Source: Leidyana gryllorum EB-2025a
Taxonomy: Eukaryota > Protista > Apicomplexa
Reading direction: 5' to 3'
Length of the DNA: 63,272 bases
NCBI GenBank assembly: GCA_048772705.1
Contig: JBLWGC010000138.1
Coordinates: forward strand, 1 to 63,272
Both the position numbers and the translations under genes were made by a program. The number at the start of each line of letters is the position of its first letter. Position 1 is the first letter of the stretch. A model generated the notes under the pieces. The model was not told the DNA's origin. It worked only from the letters and a program-made list of their open reading frames with translations, and made no database searches. Positions 56,322 to 63,272 of this stretch are shown here, piece by piece.

Positions 56322-56352
56322 GCAGACGTCGTGACCACCAGACCGTGGCTGC
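56322..56352 (-). pseudogene. 5' half of tRNA-Val, truncated at the start of the anticodon loop
   Basis: GCAGCCACGGTCTGGTGGTCACGACGTCTGC followed by element sequence. Confidence 0.75.
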
Positions 56353-56414
56353 ACGAATGGTCCCCGCAGCCCAAGAGATGGCGAAGTTTCAGGGAGTAGT
56401 GAGGACCAGTTCCA

Positions 56415-56486
56415 AGGTCGCGCCGGGAATCGAACTTAGGTCGGGAGATTCAGAGTCTCCAGTGCTCACCACTACACCACGCAACC
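56415..56486 (-). tRNA. trnQ: tRNA-Gln(CTG), T-stem substitutions
   Basis: Gln consensus. Confidence 0.75.
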
Positions 56487-56677
56487 GGTTCAGCCATCCC
56501 AAAGAGTCGGTAGACTCATCCGTCAACTGGACACACGCAACACGGGTCTCTCTACTGACCTCCGATATATTTTAAGTGGCTCCTGTATATAGCGCCCAGC
56601 GTAGAGCGTTGGGCTCGGGTCGGACAGAAAGCTCACTTCAATCATTTTAGCAGTTGCGCGTTTTTTCCCGAAGCTAT

Positions 56678-56759
56678 CGACAAGGGTGAGATTCGAACTC
56701 ACGCGGGTGAAACCCAACGGCTTAGCAGGCCGCCGCCTTAACCACTCGGCCATCTTGCC
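56678..56759 (-). tRNA. trnS: tRNA-Ser(GCT)
   Basis: Near-intact. Confidence 0.85.
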
Positions 56760-57030
56760 GAGAGTGGAACGGGCTACACCTTCCATCGGGAATCCCGTGC
56801 GAATTGGTAGTGCCCCTTCTCGATGTCAGTATTTGCCTTTGGAATGACTGCTTGGCGGGGTGGACGAAGGTTGGAGTGGCCGGTGCAGTATTAATCATTA
56901 GGCGTGGCTGAACACATCAGTCGGCTCCTTCGGCTAGTGACTGTCCACCTTAACTCTGAATGGAGAGTCCTAGTCAAGCTTGCTTGGGGCTTCGAGTCCA
57001 GGGCGGCTCTTTATCAGAGATCCCCTCAAT

Positions 57031-57104
57031 TGGTCACGCCCGGGCTCGAACCGGGGACCTTGAGCTTATTAGGCTCACGCTCTAACCGACTGAGCTACGC
57101 GACC
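57031..57104 (-). tRNA. trnI: tRNA-Ile(AAT)
   Basis: Intact, 74 nt. Confidence 0.92.
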
Positions 57105-57225
57105 ACTTCTGCAACGACAGATGGCACCTATTCACTTACTTGATGCCTCTGCGTCGCCACTGCAATCTCTAGCATGTACTGCTGGTGTTTTGAGCCCAGC
57201 CGCCTACTCCGATGATCGCAGCACA

Positions 57226-57307
57226 CGACAACTGCTGGATTTGAACCAGCGCGGGCCAGGCCCAGTAGATTTCTAGTCTACCCCCTTAACCACTCGGGCA
57301 AGTTGCC
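57226..57307 (-). tRNA. trnS: tRNA-Ser(AGA)
   Basis: Intact. Confidence 0.9.
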
Positions 57308-57510
57308 GCTGTCGAACTTGGCATTTTGCGGCCAGTGGCTTCACATACGGTTCAGCAAGCTTGACTAGGACTGTCCACCATTTAAAGTCTTGCGCTCTAC
57401 CGACGGAGCTGGCGCGGCAGGGAAGCTCGGACTTGGTAACAAGTTCCTTTCGTATTAGTCGAAGAATGCTGTGGCTTCCGGGGCGACTCTTTAGCAGAGA
57501 TCCCCTCACT

Positions 57511-57584
57511 TGGTCACGCCCGGGCTCGAACCGGGGACCTTGAGCTTATTAGGCTCACGCTCTAACCGACTGAGCTACGCGACC
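57511..57584 (-). tRNA. trnI: tRNA-Ile(AAT)
   Basis: Intact. Confidence 0.92.
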
Positions 57585-57793
57585 ACTTCTGCAACGACAG
57601 ATGGCCCCGACCCGGATGCTGGATCCCCCAGAGCTGGAATCAAACATCAGAGCCATTTAGACACTGGCGGACAGCACACAATTTTCTAAGCAGGAGTCAG
57701 AAGCGCTACGTTCCGCCATAGGCCCAAAATCATCCCCCGCTCCAGACTCATTGCCTTGTGGTCCAACATCTCCGATCGTTCCAAACCATCTTC

Positions 57794-57865
57794 AGGGCAC
57801 GCGCGGAGTTGAACCACGGACTTGCTGATCTGCAGTCAGCTGCTCTACCACTGAGCTACGTACCC
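57794..57865 (-). tRNA. trnC: tRNA-Cys(GCA)
   Basis: Intact. Confidence 0.9.
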
Positions 57866-58176
57866 ACAAACTACCCGTCATACTCGCTCAACTCGATTCT
57901 GTCTTCTCTTCTGAAGCAAAACGGCCGGTATTGTGCACGAGCTTAAACAACAACGAGTTGTGCATCTGTGGTCTTGTGGTAGAATGTGTCGTTGCCACCG
58001 AGACGCCCCAGGTTCGATTCCCGACAGACGCAGGAGGCACGCCTCAAACCGCCGTGGCAAATTAGCAGAGACGCTGACAAGCTTGGTCGGCACGAGGCCG
58101 GGGCATTCTGACACTTGATGTAACAACCCCCTGAGATAGAATCGAATGTGAGTTACGCGGTGGAACGGCGGTGATC

Positions 58177-58250
58177 GCTCCCCTAGCTCAGCTGGTTAGA
58201 GCATCGGCCTTATGTGCCGAAGGTCGAGGGTTCGATCCCCCCGGGGAGCA
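58177..58250 (+). tRNA. trnI: tRNA-Ile(TAT), intronless
   Basis: GCTCCCC/GGGGAGC acceptor; TCGGC CTTATGT GCCGA. Confidence 0.87.
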
Positions 58251-58539
58251 AATCACCCCAATGACAGCCGAACGCGACCGCCGAGTACTCCAGCATTTGA
58301 CACCTATGAGTGCCCTAGCCGGGCAGGCCGACCAGGAGGCTGTTTGGTCTGAAGGTATGATTTTTCCTCGCTTAAAAGAACATTGCAATTAAGTCTTGTA
58401 GCTCAGTCGGCAAAGCGTGTAGCTGTTTACCACAAAGTCGCAGTTTCGAAGCCTAGCAGTACCGGAGCTGCGATATGCCACGCCCTCTTAGAGGTGCAAC
58501 TCTGTATTTAACTTCCAGCAGGTGCCGCCCTACTAAGTT

Positions 58540-58612
58540 TGGACGACCTGGGTATCGATCCCAGTACCTCTCGCATGCAAAGCGAGCGCTCTACCATCTG
58601 AGCTAGCCGCCC
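58540..58612 (-). tRNA. trnA: tRNA-Ala(TGC)
   Basis: Loop TTTGCAT. Confidence 0.88.
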
Positions 58613-58809
58613 ATCCGCTCTACATGGAAAACCTTCTGCATCCAGTGGCTGACCGAGTGCCGATACAACGGCTGACAAGAGTGGCATTCGAACCCACCAC
58701 TCGGCCGTCTTGCCGGAGTGTTCTTGACTCGCCACTTTACACGTTTTCTGTTCGTGAAGTCTGGGGAAGGGAGGACTTTTGGGGTTGAAGGCCGGTGTGT
58801 TTGTGAGCC

Positions 58810-58881
58810 ACCGAGATAGTATGGTGGTTAGTATTTCCGCCTGTCACGCGGAAGACCCGGGTTCGATTCCCGGTCTCGGAG
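58810..58881 (+). tRNA. trnD: tRNA-Asp(GTC), end substitutions
   Basis: Asp consensus. Confidence 0.78.
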
Positions 58882-59300
58882 ATAGATAGTCTTCCGCTCT
58901 AGATTGCGTGGTGCTTGCCTGAACGATGCGTTTTACAGCCACCGAGGATTGAACTCGGGACTTTCTGCGTGTTAAGCAGACGTCGTGACCGCTAGATGGC
59001 TGCACGGAGCTTCCGGACTGCCGAAGGGGCGTGTGTCTCTGGAAACGCGTATCCGATGAGCCTGGTTCATATGTACCGGCCTGTACCGGCCTAAGTTGAA
59101 CGGCCTGGAGTAGTTAAGACCCTTCGTTCTGTATTCAGGAATGGAGGTGTCACGCATCTGTGGTTTAGTGGTAGACTGTGTCGTTGCCGCCTAGACGACC
59201 CAGGTTCGATTCCCGCAGATGCAGAGAAGATGGCAGATGGTTGATTGAGGCACCATTCTGGGGTTTCAGGCTTGTTGTCTGCCCCTCCAATCACATCGAA

Positions 59301-59382
59301 CGACAACTGCTGGATTTGAACCAGCGCGGGCCAGGCCCAGTAGATTTCTAGTCTACCCCCTTAACCACTCGGGCAAGTTGCC
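59301..59382 (-). tRNA. trnS: tRNA-Ser(AGA)
   Basis: Intact. Confidence 0.9.
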
Positions 59383-59592
59383 ACCTGTTCAACTCGGCAT
59401 TTTGCGGCCAGTGGCTCCACATACGGTTCAGCAAGTTTGACTAGTACTCTCCACCATTGAGTCTTGCGCTCTAGCGACGGAGCTGGCGCGGCAGGGAAGC
59501 TCGGACTTGGTAACAAGTTCCTTTCGTATTAGTCGCAGAATGTTGTGGCTTCCTCGCGTCCGGGGTGACTCTTTAGCAGAGATCCCCTCACT

Positions 59593-59666
59593 TGGTCACG
59601 CCCGGGCTCGAACCGGGGACCTTGAGCTTATTAGGCTCACGCTCTAACCGACTGAGCTACGCGACC
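59593..59666 (-). tRNA. trnI: tRNA-Ile(AAT)
   Basis: Intact. Confidence 0.92.
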
Positions 59667-59875
59667 ACTTCTGCAACGACAGATGGCACCGACCCGGATG
59701 CTGGATCCCCCAGAGCGGGAATCAAACATCAGAGCCATTTAGACACTGGCGGACAGCACCCAATTTTCTAAGCAGGAGTCAGACGCGCTACGTTCCGCCA
59801 TAGGCCCAAAAACATCCCCCGCTCCAGACTCATTGCCTTGTGGTCCAACATCTCCGATCGCTCCAAACCATCTTC

Positions 59876-59947
59876 AGGGCACGCGCGGAGTTGAACCACG
59901 GACTTGCTGATCTGCAGTCAGCTGCTCTACCACTGAGCTACGTACCC
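59876..59947 (-). tRNA. trnC: tRNA-Cys(GCA)
   Basis: Intact. Confidence 0.9.
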
Positions 59948-60897
59948 ACAAACTACCCGTCATACTCGCTCAACTCGATTCTGTCTTCTCTTCTGAAGCA
60001 AAACGGCCGGTATTGTGCACGAGCTTAAACAACAACGAGTTGTGCATCTGTGGTCTTGTGGTAGAATGTGTTGTTGCCACCGAGACGACCCAGGTTCGAT
60101 TCCCGACAGACGCAGGAGGCACGCCTCAAACCGCCGTGGCAAATTATCAGAGACGCTGACAAGCTTGGTCGGCACGAGGCCGGGGCATTCTGACACTTGA
60201 TGTAACAACCCCTTGAGATAGAATCGAATGTGAGTTACGCGGTGGAATGGCGGTGATCGCTCCCCTAGCTCAGCTGGTTAGAGCATCGGCCGTGCCCTAG
60301 CCGGGCAGGCCGACCAGGAGGCTGTTTGGTCTGAAGGTATGATTTTTCCTCGCTTAAAAGAACATTGCAACTGGGTCTTGTAGCTCAGTCGGCAGAGTCT
60401 ACCCCCTAACCACTCGGGCAAGTTGCCACCTGTCCAACTGGGCATCTTGCGCCCAGTGCCGTCACATACGGTTCAGCAAGCTCGACTCGGACTTCTCGCG
60501 CTGCCCGAACCTGCGGTCTCCCATCAAAAGTCTTGCGCTCTATCGACGGACTTGGGGCGGCGACGAAGCTCGGACTTAGTAACAAATTCCATTCGTATTG
60601 ATCGTTGAATCTTGGGCCTTCCTCGGGTACAGGGCGAAGCTGTATCAGAGATGCACTCACTTGGTCACGCACGGGCTCCAACCGCGGACTCAGAACTCAT
60701 TAGGCTCACGCTCTGGCCGCCTGAAATACGCGACCGCTTCAGAGTTGAGGTGAACAGTCACTAGCCAAAGGAGCCGACTGATGTGTTCAGCAAAACCCCA
60801 TGACTGGGATTGAAGTGGCCGCTCAGACCTTTCTCACGGAGAAGGGGCACCAATTCGCACGGGATTCCCGATGGAAGGCGTAGCCCGTTCCACTCTC

Positions 60898-60979
60898 GGC
60901 AAGGTGGCCGAGTGGTTGAGGCGGCGGCCTGCTAAGCCGGTGGGTTTCACCCGCGTGAGTTCGAATCTCACCCCTGTCG
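60898..60979 (+). tRNA. trnS: tRNA-Ser(GCT), few substitutions
   Basis: Ser consensus. Confidence 0.78.
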
Positions 60980-61455
60980 GTAGCATTCGGGAAAAAGCGC
61001 AACTGCTTTGTCCGACCCAAATCCAAGGCTCTACGCTGGGCGCTATATACAGGAGCCACTTGAAATATTTCAGAGATCAGTAGAGACCCGTGTTGCGGGA
61101 GACCTCGGACACTGCAGTCATAAGCCCAACACTCTCGCACTGAGTTCCACTACTCCAGCGTCGGATATCATGCAGGAAGCGGAAATGTGGTTCTTGAGAT
61201 GCGGATCGATTTGACACCTATGAGTGCCGTAGCTGGGCAGGCCGACCAGGGGGCTGTTTGGTCTGAAGGTATGATTTCTCCTCGCTCAAAAGAACATTGC
61301 AACTGGGTCTTGTAGCTCAGTCGGCAAAGCGTGTAGCTGTTCACCACAAGGTCGCAGTTTCGAAGCCTGGCAGTACCGGGAGCTGCGATGTCCAACTCTC
61401 TCTTAGAGGTCGCAACTCTGTATCTAACCACCGACAGGTGCCGGCCTACTGAGTT

Positions 61456-61528
61456 TGGACAACCTGGGTATCGATCCCAGTACCTCTCGCATGCAAAGCG
61501 AGCGCTCTACCATCTGAGCTAGTCGCCC
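61456..61528 (-). tRNA. trnA: tRNA-Ala(TGC)
   Basis: Near-intact. Confidence 0.85.
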
Positions 61529-61781
61529 GTTGCGCAGACCCCATCGCATGTGTTGGTTCTCAACATAGTATAACCACCCTCTCAACTGTACTCAGCGGTT
61601 TGCACGACCGACAGGCGGCTGTTTGGTCTAGTGGTATGATTCTTCTTTCGGGTGGAAGAAGTCCTGTGTTCGATTCCCAGAAGAGCCCGTCTGATAGTGG
61701 TTGACTGAATGCCACGTCTCTCCAAGGTCGTATGATCCCGGATGAAGTCCAGACCAGCTGAGACAAAATCGGCTGGAACCG

Positions 61782-61853
61782 CTCCGAGACCGGGAATCGA
61801 ACCCGGGTCTTCCGCGTGACAGGCGGAAATACTAACCACTATACTATCTCGGA
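61782..61853 (-). tRNA. trnD: tRNA-Asp(GTC)
   Basis: Intact. Confidence 0.9.
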
Positions 61854-63203
61854 CGCTCTGAACACGCCGCCCTCCAACCCCAAAAGTCCTTCCATTTTGA
61901 GAGGTCAAGCACAGAAAACGCGTGGAGCGGGCGAGCCAACAACATGCCGGCAAGATGGCCGAGTTGCCCAAGACGCTGTGCTCAGACTGGAGTCCGAAAG
62001 GGCGAGGATCTGGGGTTAAGCCTTTCGAACCCCGGAGCAGTTGGACAGCCGGGGAAAGCTCAGTTGACTGTAGTGCTGGCATCAGATAGTCGGCGGTTCG
62101 GTTCCGTCACACCGAATGGTTCTGGCAGACAGCGTTGATAGGCCAACTAGACTACTCCGGCGAGGGTTCCATCTATGTAGTTCGGATGGGCTGGGAATCA
62201 ATCCCAGAACCTTTCGTATACTAAGCCACCGTTTCATCATCTGGGCTAGCCTCCCACTGTGCCTACCTCATGGCATTGAGTGATACTTCACATAGTGAGA
62301 CGAGTCTCTCGACTGTACCCAGCGGGTTGCACGACCGACAGGCCGCTGTTTGGTCTAGTGGTATGATCCTTCCTTAGGGTGGAAGGAGTCCTGGGTTTGA
62401 TTCCCAGAACAGCCCTCTGGGTTGTCGGTTGACCCGATGGGATAAGCAGTTTTAGAAGTAACACAGCCACCGCGTCGACACTCAAGGCAATTAACATCTC
62501 AAGAATTGCATTTCGGCTACCTCTTCCATGTTGCAGACTAAGCAGTGCAGCTCAGCGGAAGAGTGTTGGGCTCACAACCCAAAGGTCAGTCGATCGAAAC
62601 GACTCATTGCTAAGTGTGCGCAAAAGGGAAACAGTCTAGAATAGATCGGCTCGTGACCAAAGCCTTCTGCCGGAATCGAACCGACCTTTCGCTTAGTAAG
62701 CGAATGCTCTGCCCCTAAGCTAAGAAGGCAATGCAAGCCGAAGATCACGAAACAGTCTCTATTGACGGAGATTACTGGACCACTTTGCTCGAGTAGTGCA
62801 AGGACTTCCACTGCCGGGACTTGAACCCGGAGCGTGCGAGTCAGAGCCGCTTGTCCTAGCCACTTAGACTACAGTGGGCAAGTTCCCCAATTGAGGTTTC
62901 GGATGAGAACCGTACCCTCTTAACAAGACGTGGTCCGTCGGGTCAACCTACAACAAAAGGGTTGCAGTAGAAAGTGGAGGGTCTCTCCACTAAGCTCAGA
63001 AACATTGTAAGGGGTCTTGTAGCTCAGTGGCAGAGCGTGTGGCTTTTGATGACAAACTCGGAGGTCCGGAACCTAACAGAACCGGCTTCAGATGCACCCT
63101 AGACATTGAGTGCGGTGCTCTCCCAATGGCACTTGTGGTTCGCGACTCTTCAAAGATGGTAGCGATGGGTCTGAAGGCGGCCACCTACAGCCGTAGCGTA
63201 CTT

Positions 63204-63272
63204 TGGACGACCCGGGCATCGATCCCAGTACCTCTCGCATGCTAAGCGAGCGCTCTACCATTTGAGCTAGTT
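63204..63272 (-). tRNA. trnA: tRNA-Ala(AGC), 5' end outside window
   Basis: Ala consensus. Confidence 0.8.

Larger units (their letters stand above)
56322..63272. repeat. tRNA array, right part (continues beyond window)
   Basis: Same gene and spacer modules; last Ala gene cut by the window end. Confidence 0.95.

Noticed and set aside
2143-63272. CRISPR-like repeat-spacer array
   Set aside because: The repeats are 71-84-nt tRNAs of many types, the spacers recur rather than being unique, and there are no cas genes.
2143-63272. Phage, bacterial or organellar tRNA cluster
   Set aside because: No encoded CCA, eukaryotic initiator features, A34 isoacceptors, a canonical-position intron and LTR elements all indicate nuclear eukaryotic DNA.
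2143-63272. tRNA-Sec, 5S rRNA or U6 genes interspersed in the array
   Set aside because: None recognised by eye; an Rfam/Infernal scan is needed to exclude them.

Overview
Eukaryotic DNA of balanced base composition made almost entirely of a dense, shuffled tRNA-gene array (about 2.1-52.9 kb and 56.3-63.3 kb). By eye there is one tRNA gene or relic every ~150 bp, i.e. several hundred in total, on both strands. All 20 amino acids plus initiator Met are represented. The genes are nuclear type: no encoded CCA, initiator with A1-U72 and a GATC T-loop, and an intron-containing Tyr with an apparent 7-nt intron. The array is built from direct and inverted segmental duplications, including a ~12.4-kb direct duplication and ~2.3-kb inverted arms, and the breakpoints I could map mostly fall inside tRNA genes. 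Embedded elements: (i) the 5' end of a minus-strand LTR retrotransposon (LTR 1486-2086, primer-binding site matching the array's own tRNA-Phe, gag-like ORF running off the left edge); (ii) two further LTR loci of that family; (iii) a solo LTR of a second family with a 5-bp TSD; (iv) a frameshifted tyrosine-recombinase element with no visible reverse transcriptase, whose right end cuts a tRNA-Val at the anticodon loop. Nearly all ORFs in the supplied track are translations of tRNA sequence. The tRNA list below is representative, not exhaustive, and coordinates were read by hand.
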